DNA of 64,000 nucleotides, from NCBI GenBank assembly GCA_045594885.1, contig JAZNZJ010000026.1, positions 3,754 to 67,753 on the forward strand. Reading direction: 5' to 3'. Position numbers and translations under genes: made by a program. This DNA is from Candidatus Fimenecus sp. (lineage in GTDB: Bacteria; Bacillota; Clostridia; Oscillospirales; Acutalibacteraceae). Of the stretch, positions 19,843 through 29,729 are shown one piece after another; the stretch's first letter is position 1; every line of letters starts with the position of its first letter. Under the pieces are notes generated by a model, which saw nothing but the letters and a program-made list of their open reading frames with translations, searched no databases and was not told where the DNA came from.

Positions 19843-20971
19843 AGAAACCCCTCTTTTTCTTTTCTTTCTTAGTGTCTTCTGAAGAATTTATCTCTTCTTC
19901 CTGCTCATATCCTTGGTCATCTGCTTCGGGAGTGACTTCAGACTCTCCACTGTCTTCATCGGTGTTTTCTTCTTGTAAAACAACTTCAACAGTTTCTTCG
20001 TATTCTTCTTTGTTCTCTTCCACAATTTCAAGTTGAATGTCCTCCTCTTCTTTGTAATCTATCTTATCAAATAAGCCGTCGGCAAATGCTGATGGTTTAA
20101 AGGGTTGCAAATCGTCAATCTGTTCACCCACACCGATAAACTTAACTGCAATATCAAGTTCATTCTTGATAGCCAAAACCACACCACCACGTGCAGTACC
20201 GTCAAGCTTTGTAAGTACAATACCCGTAATGTCGGCAACACTCTTAAATTCACGAGCCTGATTAACTGCATTTTGACCCGTCGTTGCATCAAGCACCAAC
20301 AATACCTCACGGTCAGAGTATGGCAACTCACGGTCAATAACACGGTAAATCTTATTAAGCTCATCCATAAGATTTTTCTTATTATGAAGACGACCTGCAG
20401 TGTCAATAATGATGATTTCACTATCTCTTGCCTTTGCTGCGTTGATTGTGTCAAAAACTACTGCCGCAGGGTCCGCACCCTCTTTATGCTTGACAATATC
20501 AACACCTGCACGGTCCGCCCAGATTTGAAGCTGGTCGATAGCAGCGGCACGGAAAGTGTCTGCCGCGCCAAGAATTACACTCTTACCCTGTGCTTTATAC
20601 ATAGCCGCCATTTTACCGATTGTTGTAGTTTTACCAACACCATTTACACCGATTACGAGAATGATTGAGGGCACTGTAATAAGACCCATATCCTCGCCGC
20701 CGTAAAGCATTTCGGCAACAATCTCTTTTATTTTTTGACGGATTGCTTCGGCACCTTTGATTTTGCCCTTTGCTACCTCGTCACGAAGTCTTTCAGTAAT
20801 TTGAACAGCAGTTGTAACACCAACGTCACCCATAACAAGAATTTCTTCAAGTTCTGTATAAAGGTCGTCAGTTACCTCTTCATCGAAGCTATCGAGCATA
20901 TCATCGATAGCACCTGCCATTTTGTTTCTTGTCTTTGTAAGACCAAAGTTAATCTTTTTGAAAATTCCCAT
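19817..20971 (-). CDS. ftsY: Signal recognition particle receptor FtsY with unusual acidic C-terminal extension
   Basis: NG domain motifs GVNGVGKTTT, DTAGR, TKLDG. ATG at 20971 (MGIFKKINFGLTKTR) has an SD-like AAGGA upstream. An extra 81 aa lie C-terminal to the normal end. Confidence 0.9.
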   Translation of the reverse strand: MGIFKKINFGLTKTRNKMAGAIDDMLDSFDEEVTDDLYTELEEILVMGDVGVTTAVQITERLRDEVAKGKIKGAEAIRQKIKEIVAEMLYGGEDMGLITVPSIILVIGVNGVGKTTTIGKMAAMYKAQGKSVILGAADTFRAAAIDQLQIWADRAGVDIVKHKEGADPAAVVFDTINAAKARDSEIIIIDTAGRLHNKKNLMDELNKIYRVIDRELPYSDREVLLVLDATTGQNAVNQAREFKSVADITGIVLTKLDGTARGGVVLAIKNELDIAVKFIGVGEQIDDLQPFKPSAFADGLFDKIDYKEEEDIQLEIVEENKEEYEETVEVVLQEENTDEDSGESEVTPEADDQGYEQEEEINSSEDTKKEKKKRGFFGLFNRNS

Positions 20972-20997
20972 AGGTAATATCCTTTCCATAGAGAAGA

Positions 20998-21022
20998 TTT
21001 TGCCTTCCCCTTGAGGAGAAGC
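20998..21022. repeat. Partial copy of the 5666-5773 structured element in the smc-ftsY spacer
   Basis: ttttgccttcccctt is the reverse complement of 5705-5719 (aaggggaaggcaaaa). ccttgaggagaagc equals 5741-5754. Confidence 0.5.
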
Positions 21023-21027
21023 CTGTT

Positions 21028-24000
21028 TTATGCTAAACCGAGTTTACGAGCCATTTCTGCTGTCTTCAACTCAAGTATCTTTGATACACCCTCTTCTTGC
21101 ATTGTAACACCATAGAGCATATCTGCTTCTTCCATCGTACCACGACGGTGAGTAATAAGAATGAACTGTGTATTCTTTGTCATTCTTCTTACATACTGTG
21201 CATAACGTACAACGTTAACATCATCAAGTGCCGCTTCAACCTCGTCAAAGATTACGAACGGTGCAGGTGTTACCTTAAGAATTGCAAAGAGAAGTGCAAT
21301 CGCTGAAAGTCCCTTTTCACCACCTGAAAGCAGGTTGATATTCTGAACATTTTTTCCGGGTGGCTGAACCTTGATTTCAATGTCACATTCAAGAACATTC
21401 ATTTCTTCTTCAAGTCTTAACTCTGCTTTACCGCCACCAAAAAGCTCGGCAAAGGTTTCACCGAATGCCACATTGATTTTCTGGAACTGTTCACGGAACT
21501 GAACACTCATTTTTGTTGTCAAATCATCAATCAAGCGAATAAGCTCTGCCTTTGATTTTTCAACATCACCGATTTGCTCGGACATAAATTCGTATCTTTC
21601 AGAAACCTCTTTATATTCGTCAATAGCTGAAACATTGACTGAGCCCAATCCTCTAATTTCATTTTTGAGTGCCGAAAGTCTTGTTCGTGCCTCACCAATA
21701 TTTTCAATAACGATTTCAAGGGCAATTGCCTCACGTCTTGTGAGTTGATATTCGTCGTAAAGCTTTGAATTGTATTCTTCAAATTCATTGAGCATTGATG
21801 CCTTGCGTTCTTCAAGTCGGGCGAGCTCACCGCTGACTCTTTCTCGCTCAGATGATTTCTCTTTTTCAAGATTACGCAAATCAGTATTTTCTTTTTCAAG
21901 CTGTGCACGTTGAGTCAACAACTCATCAACATCTGTTTTTGCGTCACCGCACTGCTTACGAAGTTCGTCGGCAGATGCACGAAGACTCTCAATATCTTTT
22001 GTGAGCCAAATGTTTTTATTTTTGAAGCCCTCAATTTCCATATCTAATTCTTCAAGACGCTCTGAACGTGAGCCTTTGAGAATATTAAGTCTGCGAATAT
22101 TATCCTCACAGGATTCAATGTCTTTTTGGAAACCAAGAATCTCAAGACGGATATTCTCGGCAACTGTTGAAAGCTCTTCACGTACAAGTGCAAGGCTTTC
22201 ACGGTCACCACTTACAGCCTCAAGACTTCTTTCTTTTTCAGCAATTTCTGTATTGAGTTTTTCAACTTGTTCACGAGCAGTAATACTGTCGTTATTTATT
22301 CTATCAATTCGTTCTTCAAGTATTCTTTCTTCTTCAATAAGCTCTTTTACACCGCCCGAAGATGTTTCATATTCACTTTCGGCAAGTTTATATTCACCCT
22401 CAAGACGAATTTTTTCTTCGTTCGCAGAAAGAATATCACCCTCAATACCATTAAGGTCTGCAATAGCAGATGCCAAATCTTCATTGAGCATTTTTTCTTG
22501 AATTGCGAGAGAATTTTTCTTATCTTCAAGGTCTTTAACAGATGCACGAAGTTTGTCAATCTCATTACCACGGCTGAGCATTCCCACACCCTGAGCCTTA
22601 CTACCACCGGTCATTGAACCGCCGGCGTTGATAACCTGACCGTCAAGAGTTACAATTTTAAATCTGTTTTTGTATTTTTTCGCCATTGTAATGGCAGAGT
22701 CCATATCTTCACATACAACTGTTTTACCGAGAAGATTTTCAATAATTTCACTGTATTTTTTGTCAGTAGCCACAAGGTCTGACGCAATACTTACAAATCC
22801 GTAGCAATCATCAAGTCCCTTTTCGTCAAGACTGCGCGATTTGATTGCAGTAAGTGGTAAGAATGTAGCACGTCCGCCACGGGTTTCTTTAAGATATGCA
22901 ATTGCTTTTTTAGCATCATTTTCGTTGTCAACAACCACATTCTGAATTGCAATTCCCAATGCAGTTTCAACGGCTACACTGTATTTATCTTTAACTGTTA
23001 TAAGTTGTGAAAGAGGACCATGAATTCCACGAAGTGCACCACGTTTGCTCTCTTTCATAACACTTCGCACAGACCCTTGATAGCCCTCCATATTCTTTTC
23101 AAGGTCATCAAGCACTCTTATGCGTTCATTTTTTCGTTCAATTTCACTTTCAATAGCCGCAATTTCAGACTTAATTTTTTCTGTTTTTTCTGTTCTTGTC
23201 TTCACTTTTATGAGGTAGCCCTCAACGGCATTTTTATATCCGTCAATTGTTTCAATACATTCATCAAGCACCTTTTTAGCATTGTTTTTCTTTTCTTCCA
23301 ATGCTAAAACAGCATCTCTACGGTTACCGAGAATATCATCAATTGCCGTAATTCTTGACTTGATTTCTTCAATCTGAGTACTTGCGGTTTCACTTATAAC
23401 ACGATTGTCGGCAAGTTGTACTGTGAGAAGTGAAATTTCTTTTGAAAGTTCTGCCGCAATAGTTGCAAATTCATTATTTTCACTCTGTAGTTTCTCAATC
23501 TCACTAATTTTGCCTGCAAGTCTTTCGTTTGACTCATCAAGTCCTTTTTCTGCAAGTGCTTTTTGCTCATTAGCCGATTCAATCTGACTGTCAATATCAG
23601 TTTCGTCGGCATTTGCCATCAATTTATCTTTCTCAAGTCTTTCGATTGACTCGTTATTATGAACAATTGAATTTTCGTAAACCTTTGCCTGACTTTCAAG
23701 TTCTGCCGCCTGTTCTTCAAAATGAGAAGTTGAACCACGAATTTCTTCAATCTTCACATTGATTTCACGGGTTTTCTCAATAATATCGTTCATTTTTTGC
23801 TCAATTTCTTCAAGCTGACGTTGAGCATCTTTATATTGAACAGAGGCAATATCTATTTTTCTGTCTTGCTCTTTTAATTTTTCCTGTGTTTTTTCAATAT
23901 TATGTAACCAGATACCGATTTCAAGATTTTTTCTTTCTTCAGCAAGAACCAAGAATTTCTGTGCCTTTTCGCTTTGGCTTTTAAGTGGTCCTACACGACT

Positions 24001-24597
24001 TTCAAGTTCTGTTAAAATATCACGAAGACGAACAAGATTTTCTTCTGCCTGATTAAGTCTTTTGAGGGCATCATTTCTTCTGTAACGGAAATGTGAAATT
24101 CCCGCAGCTTCTTCAAACATTTCACGGCGTTCACCTGATTTTGAAGAAATGAGTTCTGCGATTTTGCCCTGACTGACCATTGAATATCCGTCACGGCCAA
24201 GACCCGTATCCATAAACATTTCATTGATGTCACGAAGTCTTACATTCTCGCCATTGATTTTATATTCACTATCGCCACTACGGTAAAAACGACGAGTTAT
24301 ATTAACTTCATCTTTATCACAATTGAGTGCATGGTCAGAATTGTCAAGGCACAAAGTAACCTCTGCAAAGCCGGTCGCCTTGCGAAGCTTTGTACCGCTG
24401 AAAATAACGTCCTCCATTTTAGAGCCACGAAGACTCTTTGTTGACTGTTCACCAAGCACCCAACGTACTGCGTCAGAAATATTACTCTTACCGCTACCGT
24501 TAGGACCTACAACACCTGTTATTCCCTTATTAAATTGAAGTACTGTTTTGTCAGGGCAGGACTTAAAGCCCTGCATTGTAATTGATTTTAAAATCAT
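21028..24597 (-). CDS. smc: Chromosome segregation protein SMC
   Basis: 1189 aa. Walker A GPNGSGKSN, long coiled coils with a central hinge, LSGGEK signature, Walker B FVIFDEVEAALD. Confidence 0.96.
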   Translation of the reverse strand: MILKSITMQGFKSCPDKTVLQFNKGITGVVGPNGSGKSNISDAVRWVLGEQSTKSLRGSKMEDVIFSGTKLRKATGFAEVTLCLDNSDHALNCDKDEVNITRRFYRSGDSEYKINGENVRLRDINEMFMDTGLGRDGYSMVSQGKIAELISSKSGERREMFEEAAGISHFRYRRNDALKRLNQAEENLVRLRDILTELESRVGPLKSQSEKAQKFLVLAEERKNLEIGIWLHNIEKTQEKLKEQDRKIDIASVQYKDAQRQLEEIEQKMNDIIEKTREINVKIEEIRGSTSHFEEQAAELESQAKVYENSIVHNNESIERLEKDKLMANADETDIDSQIESANEQKALAEKGLDESNERLAGKISEIEKLQSENNEFATIAAELSKEISLLTVQLADNRVISETASTQIEEIKSRITAIDDILGNRRDAVLALEEKKNNAKKVLDECIETIDGYKNAVEGYLIKVKTRTEKTEKIKSEIAAIESEIERKNERIRVLDDLEKNMEGYQGSVRSVMKESKRGALRGIHGPLSQLITVKDKYSVAVETALGIAIQNVVVDNENDAKKAIAYLKETRGGRATFLPLTAIKSRSLDEKGLDDCYGFVSIASDLVATDKKYSEIIENLLGKTVVCEDMDSAITMAKKYKNRFKIVTLDGQVINAGGSMTGGSKAQGVGMLSRGNEIDKLRASVKDLEDKKNSLAIQEKMLNEDLASAIADLNGIEGDILSANEEKIRLEGEYKLAESEYETSSGGVKELIEEERILEERIDRINNDSITAREQVEKLNTEIAEKERSLEAVSGDRESLALVREELSTVAENIRLEILGFQKDIESCEDNIRRLNILKGSRSERLEELDMEIEGFKNKNIWLTKDIESLRASADELRKQCGDAKTDVDELLTQRAQLEKENTDLRNLEKEKSSERERVSGELARLEERKASMLNEFEEYNSKLYDEYQLTRREAIALEIVIENIGEARTRLSALKNEIRGLGSVNVSAIDEYKEVSERYEFMSEQIGDVEKSKAELIRLIDDLTTKMSVQFREQFQKINVAFGETFAELFGGGKAELRLEEEMNVLECDIEIKVQPPGKNVQNINLLSGGEKGLSAIALLFAILKVTPAPFVIFDEVEAALDDVNVVRYAQYVRRMTKNTQFILITHRRGTMEEADMLYGVTMQEEGVSKILELKTAEMARKLGLA

Positions 24598-25595
24598 TTA
24601 ATTTCTTCTACCTTAACTTCAAAGTTTTTTAAATTTTCATTACCTTTTATTGTACAACAAAATCCTTGATTTTTCAATGCTTTTTCGTTTCTTTTCTGTT
24701 GTCCTTTAGCCTTACTTAAGGCTTTTTTACTGACAAAAATTATATATTGCTTTGATTTGTCTTTTCCCCTTAATAATTCAAGGATTTTTTCTAAATAAAT
24801 ATACCCTTCACATAACTCACGGAATGCGGGGTGATAAGCGCCACCAACCATATCTGCTTCAACCGTTTCGCTACTGTGAAGTCCTAATTTAATTACCTTT
24901 ATTTCATTATTTTCAAACAATTGCAGAAGCCTTGCACAGAATGGTGCAGTTTCTTCTGCATCGGGAGCTTTGTATTCGCCTATTTTTTGAAGATAACCAA
25001 GATATGTATTTTCAAGCACAACCGTAGGATAAATTCGCACCGTATCGGGTTGTATTTTTATTATTTCACGGGCGGTGTATTCGTCTTTTTCGAAGTCACT
25101 TTTATAAAGCCCCGTCATCATTTGAAGTCCTAACTCAAAGCCCTTGCTTTTTATTAGTGCCGATGCCTTTCTCACATCTTCTGCAGTATGACCTCTATTA
25201 TTTGCAGAAAGTACATCTTTACACATGCTCTGTGCACCCAATTCAATGGCAGTTACACCGTATTTTTTAAGAAGTTCAAGCACACTCTCATCAATGCAAT
25301 CGGGACGAGTTGACACACGAATTCCCGCAAAATCATAAGTATCTAAAAAATGCTTTGCGGCGGTTAAAAGAGAAATCATATATTCCCTTTCAATCGCCGT
25401 AAAACTACCCCCAAAGAACGCAATTTCAGTATTCTTCGGGTCAATGTTATATTTAATTGCAGTTTCAACCGTCTGCATTACATCTTCTGCAGTTGCAGGT
25501 ACGGTTTGACCGCTGATTGCCTTTTGATTACAGAAACTGCAATCATTTGGACAACCCTTATGTGGCACAAAAATGCTTATATTTGCATGGCTCAT
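24594..25595 (-). CDS. Radical SAM protein (ELP3/COG1243-like, conserved between rnc and smc)
   Basis: CPNDCSFCNQ CxxxCxxC motif. ATGA-type 4-nt overlaps with both neighbours. Confidence 0.8.
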   Translation of the reverse strand: MSHANISIFVPHKGCPNDCSFCNQKAISGQTVPATAEDVMQTVETAIKYNIDPKNTEIAFFGGSFTAIEREYMISLLTAAKHFLDTYDFAGIRVSTRPDCIDESVLELLKKYGVTAIELGAQSMCKDVLSANNRGHTAEDVRKASALIKSKGFELGLQMMTGLYKSDFEKDEYTAREIIKIQPDTVRIYPTVVLENTYLGYLQKIGEYKAPDAEETAPFCARLLQLFENNEIKVIKLGLHSSETVEADMVGGAYHPAFRELCEGYIYLEKILELLRGKDKSKQYIIFVSKKALSKAKGQQKRNEKALKNQGFCCTIKGNENLKNFEVKVEEIK

Positions 25596-26257
25596 AATCC
25601 CATTAACTCCAAAGCAGAGCGTGCCGCCTCTTGCTCGGCACGTTTTTTGCTGCTACCCTTACCTTTACCGATAACATTACTGTTAAGATGCACCTCAACA
25701 ATAAATTCTTTATTATGGTCGGGGCCACTTTCACCCACAACAATATATTCAAATTTTTCTGTGGGATTCTGTTGCAACACCTCTTGTAAAGTGCTTTTAT
25801 AATCTTTGAAAACGGGTTTTGTTTCACTTGCAATTTCAATGAATGGAAGCACGAATTTTTTTGCACATTCAATTCCGCCATCAAGATAAATTGCCGCAAT
25901 CACCGCTTCAAAGGCATCGGAAACCACTGACGGACGTTGACGTCCACCCGTTCTTTCTTCGCCCTTGCCAAGCAAAATCATATCACCGAGTCCAATTTTT
26001 TCAGCATATCCGAAAAGAGTCTTTTCGCAAACCGCATACGCACGTTTTTTTGTCAGGTCACCCTCTGCCTTATCTTTGTAATGGTCAAAAAGATATTCAG
26101 CAGTAATAAAGCCCAACACTGAGTCGCCCAAAAACTCAAGACGTTCATTATCAAGCCCCGTACCTCTTTCATTAGCATAAGAAGAATGGGTCAATGCCCT
26201 TGTAAGCAACGACTTATCTTTAAATTCATATCCGATTCGTTTTTCAAAATCAGTCAT
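25592..26257 (-). CDS. rnc: Ribonuclease III
   Basis: ERLEFLGDSVL signature plus a C-terminal dsRBD. Confidence 0.95.
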   Translation of the reverse strand: MTDFEKRIGYEFKDKSLLTRALTHSSYANERGTGLDNERLEFLGDSVLGFITAEYLFDHYKDKAEGDLTKKRAYAVCEKTLFGYAEKIGLGDMILLGKGEERTGGRQRPSVVSDAFEAVIAAIYLDGGIECAKKFVLPFIEIASETKPVFKDYKSTLQEVLQQNPTEKFEYIVVGESGPDHNKEFIVEVHLNSNVIGKGKGSSKKRAEQEAARSALELMGL

Positions 26258-26268
26258 TTTTTAACACC

Positions 26269-27579
26269 TTATAGTAAATCTTTTATTGCGTCTTTAAGAC
26301 TATTCAAACCTCTTTGAGCAAGACGCATATATCTTTCTTGTTTATCTCTGATTTTTTCTTCCAATGGTGGTAAAACGCCAAAATTTGCACCCATCGGTTG
26401 AAAATTCTTAACTGTTTCATCACTTATGTATCGGCTTAACGCACCAATCATAGTATCTTTTGGCAAAACGATTGTTTCTTCACCTTTTAAACGACGTGCA
26501 AGATTGATACCCGCCATAAGACCACTTGCCGCTGACTCCATATAGCCTTCCACACCTGTAATTTGTCCGCCAAAAAACAACAATGGATTGTTTTTCATAC
26601 TGAAGTCACCATTTAAAAATCGTGGTGAGTCAATAAATGTATTTCTATGCATTACACCAAAACGCAAAAATTCAGCATTTTTAAGTGCGGGGAACATTGA
26701 GAAAACTCTCTTTTGCTCACCAAATTTAAGATTTGTTTGAAAGCCCACAAGATTGTACATTGTACCGTCTTTATTTTCTTTACGCAGTTGCAAGTTTGCC
26801 CAAGGTCTGTGCCCTGTACGTGGGTCAGTAAGACCAACGGGTTTAAGTGGACCATAACGCATTGTATCTTTACCACGTGACGCTAAAACCTCAATGGGCA
26901 TACAACCCTCATACACATCTTTTCTTTTATCAAAAGAATGTACATCGGCACTTTCAGCATTTATAATTGCCTCATAAAAAGCCTCATACTCTGCCTTATT
27001 CATAGGGCAATTGATGTAGTCTGCCTCTCCGCCACGGTCATATCTTGACTGGGTAAAAGCACATTCCATATCAATACTGTCGGCACTTACAATGGGGGCT
27101 GCCGCATCATAGAAAGAAAGCCCGTCACCGCAAATTTTGCGTATTGTTTCAGAAAGCCCCTCACTTGCCAAAGGACCTGCACAAATTACAGTACCGTCAT
27201 AGCCCTCGGGCAATTGGGTTATTTCTTTTTCAATGATATTTATATTCTCATCATTTCTGATTTTTTCGGTTATAATTCTTGAAAATTCATAACGGTCAAC
27301 CGCTAAAGCACCGCCCGCTTCAACCTTACACTCATAAGCCGTTTCAACGCAAATTGAGTCAAGTTCTGCCATTTCGTGCTTTAAAAGTCCCGCAGCAGAA
27401 TTAAGTCTTTCTGCCTTTAGAGAGTTTGAGCATACCAATTCTGCCAAGGTATCCAATTTATGCGCAGGTGATTTTTTATGCGGTTTCATTTCATACAAAT
27501 CAACCGCTATGCCATTTCGTGATAATGCCTTTGCACATTCAACACCTGCAAGACCGCCACCAATAACAGCAACCTTCAT
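26269..27579 (-). CDS. trmFO: Methylenetetrahydrofolate--tRNA-(uracil54-C5)-methyltransferase TrmFO
   Basis: FAD motif VIGGGLAGVE and Gid/TrmFO-typical length. Synteny after topA. Confidence 0.93.
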   Translation of the reverse strand: MKVAVIGGGLAGVECAKALSRNGIAVDLYEMKPHKKSPAHKLDTLAELVCSNSLKAERLNSAAGLLKHEMAELDSICVETAYECKVEAGGALAVDRYEFSRIITEKIRNDENINIIEKEITQLPEGYDGTVICAGPLASEGLSETIRKICGDGLSFYDAAAPIVSADSIDMECAFTQSRYDRGGEADYINCPMNKAEYEAFYEAIINAESADVHSFDKRKDVYEGCMPIEVLASRGKDTMRYGPLKPVGLTDPRTGHRPWANLQLRKENKDGTMYNLVGFQTNLKFGEQKRVFSMFPALKNAEFLRFGVMHRNTFIDSPRFLNGDFSMKNNPLLFFGGQITGVEGYMESAASGLMAGINLARRLKGEETIVLPKDTMIGALSRYISDETVKNFQPMGANFGVLPPLEEKIRDKQERYMRLAQRGLNSLKDAIKDLL

Positions 27580-29706
27580 TTATGCTTCCTCTTTACTCTT
27601 TCTTTTTCTTTCTGCCTTTTTCTCAAATCCACAGCCCTCATTAAGACAAGCAACAATTCCGCCCTTACGCTTAAAGAGTGATTTTCCACACTGTGGGCAA
27701 AGGTCATCTGTCGGTTTATCCCAAGTCATAAAATTACATTCGGGATAATTTCCGCAACCATAGAAAGCATAGCCTTTCTTTGATTTTTTCTCAATAACCT
27801 TACCGCCACAAACGGGGCAGGTTGCCTTTGTTTCAACTACTAAAGGCTTTGTATTTTTACATTCCGGATATCCGGGACAAGCAAGGAATTTGCCAAAACG
27901 ACTTGATTTAACAACCATATTTCTTCCGCACTTGTCACATTTAATGTCGGTTTCGTCTTCTTTGAGCTTGATTTTCTGACCCTGCATTTCTGATTTTGCT
28001 TTATCAACAGTTGCAATAAAGTCATCATAAAATTCGTGGAGCATTTTAATATAATCAGTTGCACCACTTTCAACCTCATCAAGCTGTGATTCCATTCCCG
28101 CAGTAAATTTTACGTTTACAATTTTTGGGAATTTGTCCTTTAAAAGAACTGTAATAGCCTCGCCTAACTCTGTGGGCTTGAGCTGTTTTTGTTCACGAAT
28201 TACATATTCTCTCTGTGTGATTGTTGAAATGATTGAAGCATAGGTAGAAGGACGACCTACACCTGTTTCTTCAAGTGCTTTGATAAGTGATGCTTCAGTA
28301 TATCTCGCAGGTGGCTGTGTAAAATGCTGATTACCCACAAGCTCTTTCATCTTGATAGCATTGCCCTCGTTGATTTTGGGGAGTTTGCCCTCTTCCTCTT
28401 CGTCCTCATCAGTTCCGCTCTCATAAAGACGTGTATAACCATCAAAACGAACTGAATAACCACTTGCAACAAAAGTAACAAACTTATTTTGAGCCTTATC
28501 CTCTGAATTAGCACCCTGTATTTCAGCCTTAACGGTATCTTGAACACAGTTAGCCATCAAAGATGCCATAAATCTTTTCCAGATAAGATTGTACAATTTA
28601 TATTGTTCAGCAGTAAGACTTGATTTTACCCTTTCAGGAGTCAAGTCCATCATTGTGGGACGGATTGCCTCGTGACCGTCCTGTGCATTTGCACGTGTTT
28701 TATAATAACGGGGCTTTTCAGGAAGATATTCTTCACCAAATGTGTTACGAATATATTCATTACCCGCAGTTCTTGCTTCTTCTGAAATACGAAGCGAGTC
28801 AGTTCTCATATAAGTAATAAGACCCACTGCACCAATGCCTTCAATTTCAATACCCTCGTAAAGTTCTTGAGCAACCTTCATTGTTCTGCGAGCTTGAAAA
28901 TTAAGCTTACGTGATGCTTCCTGTTGCATTGTTGAGGTTGTGAATGGAGGTGCGGGCTGACGACGACGGATACCTTTTTTTACCGAAACCGCTGTGTAAT
29001 CAGCACCCTCAAGACGAGCGAGATACATATCACTCTGTTCTTTATTTGTAATCTTAACCTTACCCGTTTCATCACCGGCAAACTGTGCTGTAAAAGCCTT
29101 TTTTGAAGATGGTGCAATCATTTTCGCATCAAGAGTCCAATACTCTTCGGGGTTAAATGCACGAATTTCATTTTCACGGTCAACAACAAGGCGTACTGCA
29201 ACTGACTGAACACGTCCCGCTGAAAGACCACGACGGATTTTCTGTGAAATGAATGGACTAAGTGTATAACCCACAAGTCTGTCAAGAATTCGACGTGCCT
29301 GTTGTGCATTTACCAAATCCAAATCAATCTTCTCGGGGTGTTCAATTCCCTTGGTAACACTTGATTTATTGATTTCGTTGAATTTCACACGATTGCATTG
29401 GTTTAAATCAAGGTCAAGAAGAGTTGCAAGATGCCATGAAATAGCTTCTCCCTCACGGTCGGGGTCGGCTGCGAGAATAACTGCTTCTGATTTATCTGCA
29501 AGTTCTTTGAGTTCTTTTACAAGCTTTTCTTTACCTTTGATAACCGCATATTTAGGTGCAAAGTCATTTTTTACGTCAACACTTAATTTTGCGGCAGGTA
29601 AATCACGCACGTGTCCCTTTGAAGAAACTACGTTGTAACCTTTCCCCAAATATTTTTGTATGCTTTTTGCTTTTGATGGAGACTCAACAATTACAAGCTT
29701 TGACAT
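27580..29706 (-). CDS. topA: DNA topoisomerase I
   Basis: TOPRIM N-terminus (LVIVESPSKAK), catalytic-Tyr region YMRTDS, three C-terminal CxxC...CxxC zinc ribbons. Confidence 0.96.
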   Translation of the reverse strand: MSKLVIVESPSKAKSIQKYLGKGYNVVSSKGHVRDLPAAKLSVDVKNDFAPKYAVIKGKEKLVKELKELADKSEAVILAADPDREGEAISWHLATLLDLDLNQCNRVKFNEINKSSVTKGIEHPEKIDLDLVNAQQARRILDRLVGYTLSPFISQKIRRGLSAGRVQSVAVRLVVDRENEIRAFNPEEYWTLDAKMIAPSSKKAFTAQFAGDETGKVKITNKEQSDMYLARLEGADYTAVSVKKGIRRRQPAPPFTTSTMQQEASRKLNFQARRTMKVAQELYEGIEIEGIGAVGLITYMRTDSLRISEEARTAGNEYIRNTFGEEYLPEKPRYYKTRANAQDGHEAIRPTMMDLTPERVKSSLTAEQYKLYNLIWKRFMASLMANCVQDTVKAEIQGANSEDKAQNKFVTFVASGYSVRFDGYTRLYESGTDEDEEEEGKLPKINEGNAIKMKELVGNQHFTQPPARYTEASLIKALEETGVGRPSTYASIISTITQREYVIREQKQLKPTELGEAITVLLKDKFPKIVNVKFTAGMESQLDEVESGATDYIKMLHEFYDDFIATVDKAKSEMQGQKIKLKEDETDIKCDKCGRNMVVKSSRFGKFLACPGYPECKNTKPLVVETKATCPVCGGKVIEKKSKKGYAFYGCGNYPECNFMTWDKPTDDLCPQCGKSLFKRKGGIVACLNEGCGFEKKAERKRKSKEEA

Positions 29707-29729
29707 ATATCATCATCCTATTTTTAATC

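Noticed and set aside
20105-20668. 187-aa plus-strand ORF opposite ftsY, plus similar antisense ORFs opposite rlmA (14113-14559), leuS (16338-16694) and the lipase-like gene (33218-33520).
   Set aside because: Each is fully embedded antisense in a strongly supported conserved gene, with no RBS and odd composition.
22001-22617. Plus-strand ORFs of 166 aa and 116 aa inside smc.
   Set aside because: They are antisense to the Glu/Lys/Leu-rich coiled coil of SMC and give Ser/Phe-rich low-complexity peptides. They are not credible genes.
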